The notes below the pieces were generated by a model, which saw only the letters and a program-made list of their open reading frames with translations, was not told the DNA's origin and made no database searches. A stretch of DNA of 64,000 bases from Bacilli bacterium (lineage in GTDB: Bacteria > Bacillota > Bacilli > JACDOE01). Location of the stretch: contig JAWLDF010000005.1 of the NCBI GenBank assembly GCA_041686735.1, forward strand, positions 70,029-134,028. Direction: 5' to 3'. Made by a program: the position numbers and the translations under genes. Shown piece by piece: positions 28,094-38,538 of the stretch (positions are counted from its first letter, which is position 1; each line of letters opens with the position of its first letter).

Positions 28094-28354
28094 TTATTGC
28101 TTATTAAAATGAGGGTTTTTCCTCGCCATATGGATGAAAACATCCTCATTTTCGATCATACCGCACAGAGCACATTGAATGCGGCGCTCTGATCCCTGAT
28201 ATGGCATGAAAAACATATCCGGCTTCTGATCAGTGTAAGTTTCCATAATTTCTCCGCTGACCGGGTCCTTTTTAACAGTCTGGGGGACTTGTTCGATGAT
28301 ATGGAATCTCATCCGGTTCCCTTTACAGTTCGGGCAAAAATAAGGTTGTTCCAA
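28094..28354 (-). CDS. Small zinc-ribbon protein (CxxC...CxxC)
   Basis: 86 aa with CPNC near the N-terminus and CALC near the C-terminus. Confidence 0.4.
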   Translation of the reverse strand: MEQPYFCPNCKGNRMRFHIIEQVPQTVKKDPVSGEIMETYTDQKPDMFFMPYQGSERRIQCALCGMIENEDVFIHMARKNPHFNKQ

Positions 28355-28431
28355 AGTGCCTGCAACTCCTTTTTTACCCGTTATTGTATCCTGTCCGGCG
28401 GGAAAAATACGGAATCCTGTTGTATCCGTCT

Positions 28432-28716
28432 CTACTTGTCTTTTTTATATGATTCATGTAATTCTGCAAACTTTTTTTCGAGATTATCCAGGATCTGTTT
28501 CCCTGTATGTTCATCAATCAACTGTAAACGTACGGCAAAGTCGATTTCCCTGGACAAACCGAACATTTGCGTGTCCAATACTTCTTCATACAACGGACAC
28601 TGAGGCATGGTTAAATGATCCATCTGGACCTCGATTAATTTCAGGATTTTTTCGGCATCCTGCCGCAAAAGCTGTAATGCCCGTTTTTTAAGATCGGTTG
28701 CCATATCGGTGGTCAA
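28432..28716 (-). CDS. ylaN: UPF0358 protein YlaN
   Basis: [48 protein letters not shown] matches the YlaN family closely. TTG start with a GGAGGG RBS. Confidence 0.7.
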   Translation of the reverse strand: MTTDMATDLKKRALQLLRQDAEKILKLIEVQMDHLTMPQCPLYEEVLDTQMFGLSREIDFAVRLQLIDEHTGKQILDNLEKKFAELHESYKKDK

Positions 28717-28823
28717 TGATGATCCCTCCGTTCTGCAAAACATCCTCTACCCGTTCCATGTGGGATTTTGCATACTAATCATAGTTTATCACAGTTTATC
28801 TGTTACCGCTATCGAAAAAGTGT

Positions 28824-29777
28824 TTAAAAAATGCTTAAATCCCACTGTTTTGAAAGGCTTTCCAGCAATCTCACCCCGGCCACACTGTTACCGTATTCAT
28901 TGAGCGCGGGGCCGATCACGCCAATTCCCATGCGATAAGGGACAAGCGCCAGAATTCCTCCCGAAACACCGCTCTTGGCAGGGATGCCGACGTCAATGGC
29001 AAAAGATCCGGAAGCATTGTACATCCCGCACGTCACCATAAAGGTTTTAACGATACGGGCATACTCAGCCGGAACAATCACTTCATTGGACAAAATATCT
29101 CTTCCCTCGTTGGCCAGCACAGCACCCATATAAGCCAGATCAGAACAATCGATCTCAATGGCACATTGCATAAAATAGACCTCCAGAATCTCCTCTGCAT
29201 CTCCGTGAATCGTTCCGTTATCCCTCATAAAATAGGCAAGGGCCCGATTCCGGTCCGCCGTTTTTTTCTCAGACAAATAAACACGTTCATTTATTCTGAT
29301 GTTGTCCGAACGGGTTAAGCGGCGGGTCAGATTCAAGAGGCGATCTGTTTTTTCCCACGGGTCATCCCCTTTGATCATGGATGTGACAGCGATCGCTCCC
29401 GCATTAATCATCGGATTAAGCGGACGGGACGGCTGCATCAATTCCAACTTGGCAATGGAATGAAAGGGATCACCGGTAGGTTCCTTCCCCACTTTTTGAA
29501 AAACCACTTCCGGACCGTGATCCATCAGTGCCTGCAATAATGAAACAATTTTTGAGATACTCTGCAAGGTGAACGAAATCGTACAATCTCCGGCACTGTA
29601 TGTACTTCCGTCTGACTGAATGATGGTGATTCCGAGAGTATCCGGATCGGCGGAACCGAGTTCGGGAATGTAATTGGCCACGGTACCGTCAATCGTGTAC
29701 TGTCTGTGTTCTTTTACGGCTCGATCAAGAAATTCCTGAAGATTCAGAGGGGATTTTGTAGTCTGCAATCCATTCAC
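28824..29777 (-). CDS. glsA: Glutaminase A
   Basis: Serine-beta-lactamase-like glutaminase motifs (ANYIPELG; SxxK; NAGAIA). 317 aa. Confidence 0.85.
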   Translation of the reverse strand: MNGLQTTKSPLNLQEFLDRAVKEHRQYTIDGTVANYIPELGSADPDTLGITIIQSDGSTYSAGDCTISFTLQSISKIVSLLQALMDHGPEVVFQKVGKEPTGDPFHSIAKLELMQPSRPLNPMINAGAIAVTSMIKGDDPWEKTDRLLNLTRRLTRSDNIRINERVYLSEKKTADRNRALAYFMRDNGTIHGDAEEILEVYFMQCAIEIDCSDLAYMGAVLANEGRDILSNEVIVPAEYARIVKTFMVTCGMYNASGSFAIDVGIPAKSGVSGGILALVPYRMGIGVIGPALNEYGNSVAGVRLLESLSKQWDLSIF

Positions 29778-29845
29778 TCCTGTTCTCTTCCCTTTGTCTA
29801 TGTTATTATTTCCTCTATAATGGATAAATAAAAGGAGGCGGGATC

Positions 29846-30349
29846 ATGGCAGATATCATAACCATTCAGGGAAAAGTCAAATATCCGATTACACTTGACC
29901 CCGGTGTCTGGATTTTTGATGATCGCAAAATCCCTTTGGATAACGCATTTGCAAAACAAGCCGAACAGTTGAACAAGAAAGATCAGGTAGCGGAACGGTC
30001 TCTTTCCCGGCAATGGGAACGTGAATTACAGGACCGTGCCTCTGTTCCCAGTATTCAATCGGAACAGTTGTTTGTGGAAAAGAAACAGATCCAGGGAGAT
30101 TACGTCATGCCGCTCAACATATTTTTAAGGAATGCCGAACCTGATTCGGATGCAGCAAGGGTAGTCATCCATCATGCCTCAAGGCAACAGACGATCATAC
30201 CCCTGAGGCAGGCGAAAGATGCTTTGCTCCTGTTTGCGCAGGACGGTAAACCGATCCGCGGCGAAGAAGGACCGGCCTATCTCTTATTTGGTGACGAAAG
30301 TAACCGGGACAACCCGATCAAAGGTGTGTATAAACTGGAAGTGATGTAA
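29846..30349 (+). CDS. Hypothetical protein (position equivalent to ylaL, divergent from glsA)
   Basis: 167 aa; no motifs recognized. Called from ORF length and context only. Confidence 0.45.
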   Translation: MADIITIQGKVKYPITLDPGVWIFDDRKIPLDNAFAKQAEQLNKKDQVAERSLSRQWERELQDRASVPSIQSEQLFVEKKQIQGDYVMPLNIFLRNAEPDSDAARVVIHHASRQQTIIPLRQAKDALLLFAQDGKPIRGEEGPAYLLFGDESNRDNPIKGVYKLEVM

Positions 30350-30464
30350 TCGCAAGAATTGCTGCCGGCCACCGGAAAATTAGACAAATACCGTTACCAT
30401 TCTTTTCCTCTCTTAATACACTACTTATGAATCTACATGTATAAGCCCAAAGGGAGGGAAAAGA

Positions 30465-30704
30465 ATGGCGGACCGAAAAACAACGATTCAACAAATGTTG
30501 ATCAAATTAAATCAAAAGAGCAAAAAAAATTGGACTTTGCAGGATGTATTAAGGATCAGTTCCGGCATCAACATCAACGACTTCAAGGATAAGAAAAGGG
30601 CACCACTGGCCATACAAAAGGTGGCCCGTGCTGCCGGAGCAAATATTTCACCGGGAAAAGCCAAACAAATTGCACAGCTGGTGCAAAATCAATTAAAAAA
30701 ATAA
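30465..30704 (+). CDS. Small sporulation-type protein, SpoVIF-like
   Basis: 79 aa, basic/helical, AAGANISPGKAKQIAQLVQNQ. GGGAGGG RBS. Family assignment tentative. Confidence 0.4.
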   Translation: MADRKTTIQQMLIKLNQKSKKNWTLQDVLRISSGININDFKDKKRAPLAIQKVARAAGANISPGKAKQIAQLVQNQLKK

Positions 30705-30754
30705 GTTGGTACCAAAAACGGAGAACGTCAATATGACGACTCTCCGTTTTTTCA

Positions 30755-30961
30755 TTAGAAACCCTTATATTGCGGCTCTTCCGCTTCAATCTGGTTGACT
30801 CTCGGTTCAAGACTGTTGATGATGGTTTTCATCTGCTGAGCAGCATTGCTGTAAAGTTGTTTTGCACTCTGATCCTGTGTCTCCATTGCAAAGGTTTCGA
30901 GACTGGCCTGAGCACTTTTCAAACTGGCCACTGTTTGTTTCACCTGTGTGCCTACCGTCAT
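30755..30961 (-). CDS. DUF1657-like small protein
   Basis: 68 aa from MTVGTQVKQTVASLKSAQASLETFAMETQDQSAKQLYSNAAQQMKTIINSLEPRVNQIE. GGGAGG RBS. The longer track ORF upstream lacks an RBS. Confidence 0.55.
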   Translation of the reverse strand: MTVGTQVKQTVASLKSAQASLETFAMETQDQSAKQLYSNAAQQMKTIINSLEPRVNQIEAEEPQYKGF

Positions 30962-31141
30962 TTTGATATATCCTCCCTTTTTTAAAATATAAGCACACGA
31001 TATTATCCCCGAAAAATCGTTTTTGCTATACATTTTATTTTTTCCATATTTATCATGCGGCCCCCCTGTTTTCGCATGTGTTTTCCAGTGAGAATGGGGA
31101 AAAATACATTTCGAACACAAACGGACAGAAAGGTTGAACGA

Positions 31142-32875
31142 ATGATGAAGAAAAAACAGAAACAACGATTGATGATGTGGCTGATCCTGATCGGAGCAGT
31201 CATCGTCGCTTTTTTATGGACGGAACCGGAATACGGGTACCTCCCCGATGATCAAAACATCAGTCCATCTGCCGAAAGCAAATTGATGGGAACAAAGGCG
31301 GATTCGGACAAATTGAAACTGGGCAAAGAAACCTTTTATCGTGAAACATTCGGTAATGAAATTTTTTTTAGCGATGTGATGGGGCTATGGGACGATCCCC
31401 TGTCGCCGGGGGTGATTTTGCGTGAAGCTTATAAAGTAAGGGATACGGGAACGGATAATTTACGAATCCCCATAAATAAGACCGTTAAAATCGGAGACCG
31501 TACATTTGAAAAAAATACATATATCAACACGGGGATCGATGTTGCGAAAGGATCTTACACTCCGCTGGGGCTCACTTTTAAGTATCAGGACGGACGCTTA
31601 AAAATCGGGATGAGTTGCGCATTGTGTCATGCCACCGTCGATCACCGGGGCAGGGTGATGCAGGGAGTCCCCAATCAAAACTTGCAGGCAGGTACGCTTC
31701 TTGCTCTTGCTGCCAATTCGGCCGCATATTTTTCTCACACGGACGTTAATCCGATCCGTGAATATCTAAAGGGGGACAAACCGGTAATCGATTCCGGCGA
31801 GAAGAAAACGACGCTTCCCGATCCTGACAAAATGGAGCGTGAGGTGGATCGAGCTTTATTGCGGATGGCACCGGGAACCTTTGATATCACTCAGGATTTG
31901 ATCCACAACCCGACGGCGATTCCCGATGTTTTTACGAAGGGAGACTCCCCTTACGGATGGAACGGATTTGCCTTTGACGGTGAGATGGGAGGACTTATCT
32001 CCATGACCAGCATGATGCACAGTCAGATCTCAGATCCTCTTTCGCAGGCTACCCGGATCGCTGACAGACTGGGGATCGACAGAGAAATTTACATCGGAAC
32101 CATTCTGCAACGGGCTTCCAGTGATAAGTTGCGTCTTCGCAGTCAGTTCCCCTCCCTTTTCTGGGAAAAAAACAAACCGAAAACTGGATCTCCCGGAGTT
32201 CTAGAAGCAAAAAAATCTCCACAGTGGCCGGCAAAATCAAATCAGTATCCGGACGGACTCTTGATCGGAAGTCAAAAATTCAAACCGGGCGAACAAGTGA
32301 GGGCGCTGGCACTCTGGCAAAACTCTTTACTCCCACCCCCCTATCGCAGTCAGGTTGAAGACAAACAACGACAAAAAGAACTGGTGACACAGGGGAAAGA
32401 AATTTTTAACAGGGTAGGGTGCATCACATGTCACAGCGGGGATTTTTACAGTGACCGGCGTCGTATTTCCCTGCAGGAAATCCAGACTTCCGATCTCGCC
32501 TCCTCTCCCCTGGCGGAACTGGCCCATCCCCGGGGAAAAGGGTATAAAACAAAAAGTCTGATCGGGCTTCATTTGACCGCTCCTTATCTCCATGATAACG
32601 GAGTGGCCGCAGGATATTATAAAGGTCACTGGGGTTTGCACGGCACCCTGATGGCGCAACGTCCGGTGAATCCCGTTGCCAGTCTGAGGGCACTTTTGGA
32701 CAGAAATTGGCGCAAAAAGGTGGTGGAAGCAAACAAAAGTTCCGCTTCACTGCGTCAAACCGGAATCACCGGTGAAGGTCACCATTTCTGGGTGGATGAA
32801 GAAGCCGGATTTACCGTCGAAGAACAACGGGCACTGATCGAGTATCTTCTCTCGCTCGATCGTCCCGGGAAATAA
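31142..32875 (+). CDS. Membrane-anchored di-haem cytochrome c of the CCP/MauG superfamily, long form
   Basis: Two CxxCH motifs (CALCH, CITCH) about 270 residues apart. Peroxidase-like APYLHDNG near haem 2. N-terminal TM anchor MMWLILIGAVIVAFLW. About 577 aa. Confidence 0.7.
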   Translation: MMKKKQKQRLMMWLILIGAVIVAFLWTEPEYGYLPDDQNISPSAESKLMGTKADSDKLKLGKETFYRETFGNEIFFSDVMGLWDDPLSPGVILREAYKVRDTGTDNLRIPINKTVKIGDRTFEKNTYINTGIDVAKGSYTPLGLTFKYQDGRLKIGMSCALCHATVDHRGRVMQGVPNQNLQAGTLLALAANSAAYFSHTDVNPIREYLKGDKPVIDSGEKKTTLPDPDKMEREVDRALLRMAPGTFDITQDLIHNPTAIPDVFTKGDSPYGWNGFAFDGEMGGLISMTSMMHSQISDPLSQATRIADRLGIDREIYIGTILQRASSDKLRLRSQFPSLFWEKNKPKTGSPGVLEAKKSPQWPAKSNQYPDGLLIGSQKFKPGEQVRALALWQNSLLPPPYRSQVEDKQRQKELVTQGKEIFNRVGCITCHSGDFYSDRRRISLQEIQTSDLASSPLAELAHPRGKGYKTKSLIGLHLTAPYLHDNGVAAGYYKGHWGLHGTLMAQRPVNPVASLRALLDRNWRKKVVEANKSSASLRQTGITGEGHHFWVDEEAGFTVEEQRALIEYLLSLDRPGK

Positions 32876-32899
32876 CGTTCGTGTAAAACAAAAAAAATA

Positions 32900-33077
32900 C
32901 CCGGTCAACGGGACCGGGCAAAACACAAATAACTCTCAACCTTTACTCTCATAGTACTAAGCATATAATAAATCAACTGGAAAGACAAGGGGAATTTTAT
33001 TTGAAAACTTATTTTTTCCAAAAAAAATCCCCGCGATCTCTACGAAAGAGGCGGGGTGAAACAAAAACTCTCAACCT
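32900..33077. repeat. Two tandem hairpin-plus-direct-repeat modules in a convergent intergenic region
   Basis: Hairpins CCCGGTC-AACGG-GACCGGG (32900-32918) and CCCCGC...GCGGGG (33029-33056). On the minus strand each is followed by a U8 run. Exact 12-nt repeat AACTCTCAACCT at 32931-32942 and 33066-33077. Confidence 0.45.
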
Positions 33078-33185
33078 GTAGTTTTGTTTCTATATTTTGA
33101 AGATACACGAAAACAGGCGAAAATTCAATACGGGTTTTAATGGAAGGCTGCTCATCCTGGACAGGAAGATGATAAGTACCTGGTC

Positions 33186-33704
33186 TTAATCTCTGATCTC
33201 AAAAGGAATTTTTGATTTTTCCAGTTCACTAAAAAATTTTGTATCATTCCCATCAAATGATACAAATTGGATGATATCTCCAAAATGAATATCCACTGCC
33301 ATCCCCTGTCGTGTAAAAAATTGCAATCTGATAAAACGTCGTAAATCTAAAAGTGAGTAGAAAAACTGCCGTCTCTCACCGGTCAGCGGCGCCGTGAACT
33401 TTCGGCTGACCACCTTTTGGCCGGAACGGTTTTCAAAGACTTCAACCTGATCCGCTCCAAGAAGGGTCAGCATTTCCCGGGATTTCTCAATCCCCAATCC
33501 GGCTGCCAGTTCATAATCAGAGTACTCCACTGAAAATTCTTTTAAACTCCCGGCAAATACATCCAGCAAAAAGTAAAATAATTTTCTCACCAGTAAATTG
33601 GACGGAGACAGGTTATGCTCGGAAACGACAAACCGATACATCCTCTGCATCCCCTGTCCTTTTTCCTCGTAAGAACGATGGAAAATCAATTTATTCATGG
33701 ACAT
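33186..33704 (-). CDS. Hypothetical protein
   Basis: 172 aa ORF with no recognized family. An alternative start at internal M19 has a better RBS (AGGACAGGGG). Confidence 0.45.
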   Translation of the reverse strand: MSMNKLIFHRSYEEKGQGMQRMYRFVVSEHNLSPSNLLVRKLFYFLLDVFAGSLKEFSVEYSDYELAAGLGIEKSREMLTLLGADQVEVFENRSGQKVVSRKFTAPLTGERRQFFYSLLDLRRFIRLQFFTRQGMAVDIHFGDIIQFVSFDGNDTKFFSELEKSKIPFEIRD

Positions 33705-33723
33705 CGACCTTTCCGGGTCTTCA

Positions 33724-34800
33724 TCATACCTTCATAATCGACTCAACCGTGGAGCGATCCAGTTTTTTTACCATGGCGACTAACAATTGCAATGCTGCCC
33801 GGTAATCATCCTGATGAATAATGGAGGCGTGACTGTGAATATACCGTGCCGGAATACCGATCACTGCAGATGGCACACCTTCCCCCGAAATATGTACACG
33901 CCCGGCGTCCGTTCCCCCCTGGGACACAAAAAACTGGTATGGAATATTTTCCGATTCCGCCGTATCCATGATAAAGTCCCGCAGTCCCTTATGAGTAATC
34001 ATGGTGCGGTCAAAGATACGTAAAAGCGCTCCTTCGCCGAGTTTGCCGAAACCATTTTTTACGCCGGGGATATCTCCGGCAGGGCTGGCATCTACTGCAA
34101 AAAAGATGTCCGGTTTAATCAAATTGGCGGCGGTGGCTGCACCTCTCAATCCCACTTCCTCCTGTACCGTAGCCCCGGATACAACGCGGTTGGGATGACC
34201 GATTTTATGATCGTGCAGTTCCTTCAAAAGCTCGATGGAGATTCCGCAACCATAGCGATTATCCCATGCTTTCGCCATGATTTTTTTCCCGTCCGCCATT
34301 TCTGTAAAAGGACATACCGGTAACACGGGCTGTCCGGGACGAATGCCCATTTGTTCCGCCTGCTCTCTGTGATCGGCTCCGACATCGATAAACATGTTTT
34401 CGATCTCCATCGGTTTTTTTCGGGCATTGTCAGATAGCATATGAGGCGGAATGGATCCGATCACACCCGGAATGCGACCCTTCTCCGTAATCACTTCCAC
34501 TCTCTGAGCCAGCATCACCTGACCCCACCATCCCCCGAGTGTCTGAAACTTGATAAATCCTTTATCTGTTATCTGGGTCACCATAAATCCCACTTCGTCC
34601 ATATGACCTGCCACCATCACCGTAGGCCCGTTTTCATCACCGTTTTTTACCCCGAATAATCCACCCAGACGATCCCGGATCAGTTCATCCGAATATTGTT
34701 CAAGGTAAGGCTGCATCACCCGGCGTACTTCATGTTCAAAACCCGGTGCCCCCGGTGTTTCCGTAAGTTTTTGAAACAGCTCTTTTTCCCATGTATTCAT
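33724..34800 (-). CDS. M42-family aminopeptidase (YsdC/FrvX-like)
   Basis: Metal-binding HMDEVGFMV, the EEVG block and overall M42 architecture. Start MNTWEKEL. Confidence 0.8.
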   Translation of the reverse strand: MNTWEKELFQKLTETPGAPGFEHEVRRVMQPYLEQYSDELIRDRLGGLFGVKNGDENGPTVMVAGHMDEVGFMVTQITDKGFIKFQTLGGWWGQVMLAQRVEVITEKGRIPGVIGSIPPHMLSDNARKKPMEIENMFIDVGADHREQAEQMGIRPGQPVLPVCPFTEMADGKKIMAKAWDNRYGCGISIELLKELHDHKIGHPNRVVSGATVQEEVGLRGAATAANLIKPDIFFAVDASPAGDIPGVKNGFGKLGEGALLRIFDRTMITHKGLRDFIMDTAESENIPYQFFVSQGGTDAGRVHISGEGVPSAVIGIPARYIHSHASIIHQDDYRAALQLLVAMVKKLDRSTVESIMKV

Positions 34801-34831
34801 GGCAACGCTCCCCCTTATTCTTTTTTCCAAC

Positions 34832-35743
34832 TCATATTATACTACGATCACGTTGCAACAGCATCGAATGACGTCCTTCGGCGAGTACAATCCCGCTCAG
34901 AATGATCAGTACACCGAACCATTGTACTCCATCCACAGTCTCCCGCAATATGAAACTGGACATGAACACAGCCGTCGGCAATTCGGCAGAACCGAGAATC
35001 GTAGCCAGTCCGCCTCCGATATGGGGCACTCCGTAAGTAAACAACAGCGTGGGCAGGATCGCACCGAAGAGGGCTAACAGAATTCCCCACATCCACAGAC
35101 CTTCCCAGAGTGAGCCGTTCACGATGAAATACGGAGGTAATAGGATCACCGTAATGATCGCCGATCCGGTCATCATAACGGAACTGCGCATCCACGGATT
35201 GACATGGGGAACCACCCTTCCGCTTGCGATGACAAATGATGCATATGTAAGTCCAGCCAGCAGTCCGAGACCGATCCCGGAGATGGATAATGATGTGAAA
35301 CGGGCATTCCATACTTCTCCGGCAAGAGCCGTGCCGATTGCCAGTACGAGTAATGAAAGCAGCCTGAAGCGTGTCGGAAATTGTTTGCTTAACAGGGATT
35401 CAATTAAGACACCCATCCAGGTAAATTGAAATAATAAAATGATGGCGATGGAAGCAGGAATCGTCTGCAGGGACAGGTAATAAAACACCCCCGTCAATCC
35501 GGCAAAAAGTCCGGCAAATAATAACTTGACCCATTCCGTCGGAGACAATTTTTGCTGAGCGGAAAAGAGGAACGTTAATACCCAGAGGAATCCGGCTCCG
35601 AGTACCATCTGGCTTCCCGATATTTCCGCGGTGGTGAACCCTTCCCGATATCCCAGTTTTACGATCGTTGAGAGCACACCATAGGAGCATGCCCCGAGAA
35701 AAACAAAAACAACGGACTTCCAGTAAATAGCATTGGTATTCAT
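34832..35743 (-). CDS. DMT-superfamily (EamA) transporter
   Basis: 303 aa, 10 TM, duplicated EamA halves. Confidence 0.8.
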   Translation of the reverse strand: MNTNAIYWKSVVFVFLGACSYGVLSTIVKLGYREGFTTAEISGSQMVLGAGFLWVLTFLFSAQQKLSPTEWVKLLFAGLFAGLTGVFYYLSLQTIPASIAIILLFQFTWMGVLIESLLSKQFPTRFRLLSLLVLAIGTALAGEVWNARFTSLSISGIGLGLLAGLTYASFVIASGRVVPHVNPWMRSSVMMTGSAIITVILLPPYFIVNGSLWEGLWMWGILLALFGAILPTLLFTYGVPHIGGGLATILGSAELPTAVFMSSFILRETVDGVQWFGVLIILSGIVLAEGRHSMLLQRDRSII

Positions 35744-35929
35744 GGTTTCTCTCCCCTGACCTGTCGATCAACGATTGTGCATATTTTACCCGAAAAATTT
35801 ACGGACAATCTTGATTGATACAAAAACAAAAGAGAAACTGCCGTAGGAGAACAATCCGTCAGGCAGGTTCCCGGTGTGCGGCAGTTTCATTCCGTTATGT
35901 TCATCATTCATCTGCTTGAAGATCTCTGT

Positions 35930-36733
35930 CTATCCGCGTTCATAGACCTCGGGTCGTCGATCACCGAAAACAGGGATTTTCCCGCGCACTTCATGAACGG
36001 AGGAAGGATCAACCTGCGCCCGGATAATCTCCTCCTTCTGCATGCCTTCCGCAAGAATTTCTCCCCATGGATCCACGACCATGGAATGTCCGCAGAACAT
36101 ATTTTTTCCTCCCTCACCGACGCGGTTGCAGGCAACCACATACATCTGGTTTTCGATGGCGCGGGCGATCAGCAACTGTCGCCAGTGATTGAGACGGGGG
36201 TGCGGCCATTGTGCCACAACAAACAGAATTCCGGCACCGAGCAGAGCGGTTTTTCGCACCCCTTCCGGAAAACGGATATCATAACAGATCTGGACGGAGG
36301 CTGTTACGTCGTCTTCGAGTGAAAAAACACCGATGTGCTCTCCCGCCGATAAGTGTTTTTCCTCCTCCATCAAGCGGAAGAGATGAACTTTGCTGTACTC
36401 GTATATTTTTTCACCATGACGATTAAACACATAGGACGTATTAAACACGCCCCTGTCCGTTTTTTGCGCTATCGAACCCCCGATGATATGAACGCCATAT
36501 TGACGTGATAATCTTTCGAACAGTGACTGAGCCCTTTCGCCGCGGTCATCTCCGATTTCGTCCAGCCTGGTAAGATCATAGGCGGTATCCCACAACTCAG
36601 GAAAGAGTATGACATCGGGCTTTTCTTCACCTTCAACGGCCCGCCTGGTAAACTGTTCCACTTTCTTTACGTTTTCTTCCGGATTTCCAAATGAAATATC
36701 CATCTGACAAAGCGCAACATTCAGTTTCCCCAT
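35930..36733 (-). CDS. Carbon-nitrogen hydrolase (nitrilase superfamily, omega-amidase-like)
   Basis: E-K-C catalytic triad context: FPELW, a K after the EK/YxK block, ICYDIRFPE. Confidence 0.85.
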   Translation of the reverse strand: MGKLNVALCQMDISFGNPEENVKKVEQFTRRAVEGEEKPDVILFPELWDTAYDLTRLDEIGDDRGERAQSLFERLSRQYGVHIIGGSIAQKTDRGVFNTSYVFNRHGEKIYEYSKVHLFRLMEEEKHLSAGEHIGVFSLEDDVTASVQICYDIRFPEGVRKTALLGAGILFVVAQWPHPRLNHWRQLLIARAIENQMYVVACNRVGEGGKNMFCGHSMVVDPWGEILAEGMQKEEIIRAQVDPSSVHEVRGKIPVFGDRRPEVYERG

Positions 36734-36786
36734 GGACTACCGCCTCCTTTAATTGATCCGATCAATACCGGAAGACACCGGATTGC

Positions 36787-38346
36787 TTATTTAAATACAG
36801 GTTCCGCAAACTCGGCCAGTTTTTCAAGGGAGCTCTTCTCGACGCTGCTGTGCAGACTGTTGCCGTGAGCATCCATGGTCACGATTGCGGTAAATCCCTT
36901 TACGCGCAGGTGCCACATTGCTTCCGGAATCCCGAATTCCATCAAGTCGACCCCTTCCACTTTTTCAATACAATCTGCATAATATTGTGCCGCACCTCCG
37001 ATGGCATTGAGGTAAACCGCACCGTGTTCCTGAAGCGCCTTCAGGGTTTTGGCTCCCATGCCGCCTTTTCCGATGACAGCACGAATCCCGAATTTTTTAA
37101 TGATATCGCCCTGATAGGGCTCTTCGCGAATACTGGTGGTCGGACCGGCTGCTTTAACATGCCATTCACCGTTCTCATCTTTTAACATCACCGGACCGCA
37201 GTGATAGAGCACGCCACCGTTTAAGTCAACCGGAGCATCATGATCCATCAGGTGCTTGTGGATCGCATCCCGACCGGTATACATCATTCCGTTGATGATC
37301 ACGACATCGCCCACTCTTAAGTCACGAATTTGTTCTTCTGTGATCGGTGTCGTTAATTCCACCGTACGTCCGCCGCCCTCTGTCATCTGAGTTGCCTGTT
37401 CCTTCATCTTCTTTGCCAGCACAGAGATAGGGGTCGGGTTGGCTGAAGTTTCGTCTTTATATAACCACTCTTTGATTTCACCCGTTTGCGGATCGAGCAG
37501 GGCTCCCTGACGGCGGAACGCCCAGCAGTTATACGCTACGGACACGAAAAAGCTGGCGGGGATACGATTGATCGCTCCGATTTTACATCCGAGCAGGGTG
37601 GCTTCACCGCCGAAGCCCATGGTTCCGATGCCAAGTTCATTGGCTTTTTCGATGATATATTCTTCAAGGCGTGCCAATTCAGGATTAGGATTGGTATCAT
37701 CCACTTTGCGAAACAGTTGTTTTTTCGCCAGTTCGTAACCGGTCGTACGGTCACCCCCGATGCCGACCCCGATGAATCCGGCACTGCATCCCTGACCCTG
37801 AGCCTGATAAACACTGTGCAAAATACATTTGCGAACCCCGTCGAGATCACGGGCGGCACGACCCAGACCCTCCAGCTCACAGGGAAGGCTGTACTGAATA
37901 TTTTTATTTTCACATCCGCCTCCTTTTAAAATGAGACGGACATCGATTTCATCTTTTTCCCATTGTTCAAAATGAATCACCGGCGTACCTTCTCCCAGAT
38001 TGTCGCCGCTGTTTTCCCCCGTCAGCGAGTCAACGGAGTTGGGGCGAAGTTTTCCCTGAGCGGTAGCTTCCGCAATGGCTTCACGGATCTGCCGGGTCAT
38101 TTCCAGTTGATTGGCGCCGACCGGGCACTTGATCTTAAAAGTGGGCAAACCCGTATCCTGACAAATCGGAGATACGTTTTCTTCGGCCATTTTAATATTG
38201 CGTTCGATGGTTTCTAGCGATAGAGAAGCACGTGTACCGGCATTTTCCAGTTCCTGCGCCGCTTTGATCGCACGGCGAACATCCGGAGGCAAATTGGTTG
38301 ACGTCTCGACAATCAATTGATAGATACTCTCTTTAAAATGTTTCAC
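36787..38346 (-). CDS. Class I (Fe-S) fumarate hydratase, fused alpha/beta form
   Basis: About 520 aa with FumA/TtdA-TtdB-like blocks (CQDTGLPTF; GGCENKN; GPTTSIREE). GTG start with an AAAGGGG RBS. Confidence 0.8.
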   Translation of the reverse strand: MKHFKESIYQLIVETSTNLPPDVRRAIKAAQELENAGTRASLSLETIERNIKMAEENVSPICQDTGLPTFKIKCPVGANQLEMTRQIREAIAEATAQGKLRPNSVDSLTGENSGDNLGEGTPVIHFEQWEKDEIDVRLILKGGGCENKNIQYSLPCELEGLGRAARDLDGVRKCILHSVYQAQGQGCSAGFIGVGIGGDRTTGYELAKKQLFRKVDDTNPNPELARLEEYIIEKANELGIGTMGFGGEATLLGCKIGAINRIPASFFVSVAYNCWAFRRQGALLDPQTGEIKEWLYKDETSANPTPISVLAKKMKEQATQMTEGGGRTVELTTPITEEQIRDLRVGDVVIINGMMYTGRDAIHKHLMDHDAPVDLNGGVLYHCGPVMLKDENGEWHVKAAGPTTSIREEPYQGDIIKKFGIRAVIGKGGMGAKTLKALQEHGAVYLNAIGGAAQYYADCIEKVEGVDLMEFGIPEAMWHLRVKGFTAIVTMDAHGNSLHSSVEKSSLEKLAEFAEPVFK

Positions 38347-38538
38347 AGCTCGTAACCCCTTTTCTTCTCTATTTCTAAAATCTCCACTTCCCATTCACTA
38401 CCTATTATATATGAATGTACAGATTCGTCCACACCCCCGCCGCGCCAATTTTTTGCCGAATAAACATATCCCTGTCCAAGCCGTCATATATTGTGTTGAC
38501 CGAACCCGTGATACGGGAGAAGGAGTGAACGAAGTAAC

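Noticed and set aside
30350-30464. Possible mother-cell sigma (sigK/sigE-like CATG-TATA) promoter upstream of the SpoVIF-like gene
   Set aside because: The match to consensus is partial and the spacing cannot be verified by eye. Not reported as a feature.
33650-33704. Alternative internal start (M19) for the 172-aa hypothetical
   Set aside because: Not rejected outright. The internal ATG has a better RBS (AGGACAGGGG) than the annotated first ATG, but without homologs the start cannot be decided. The longer ORF is kept with reduced confidence.
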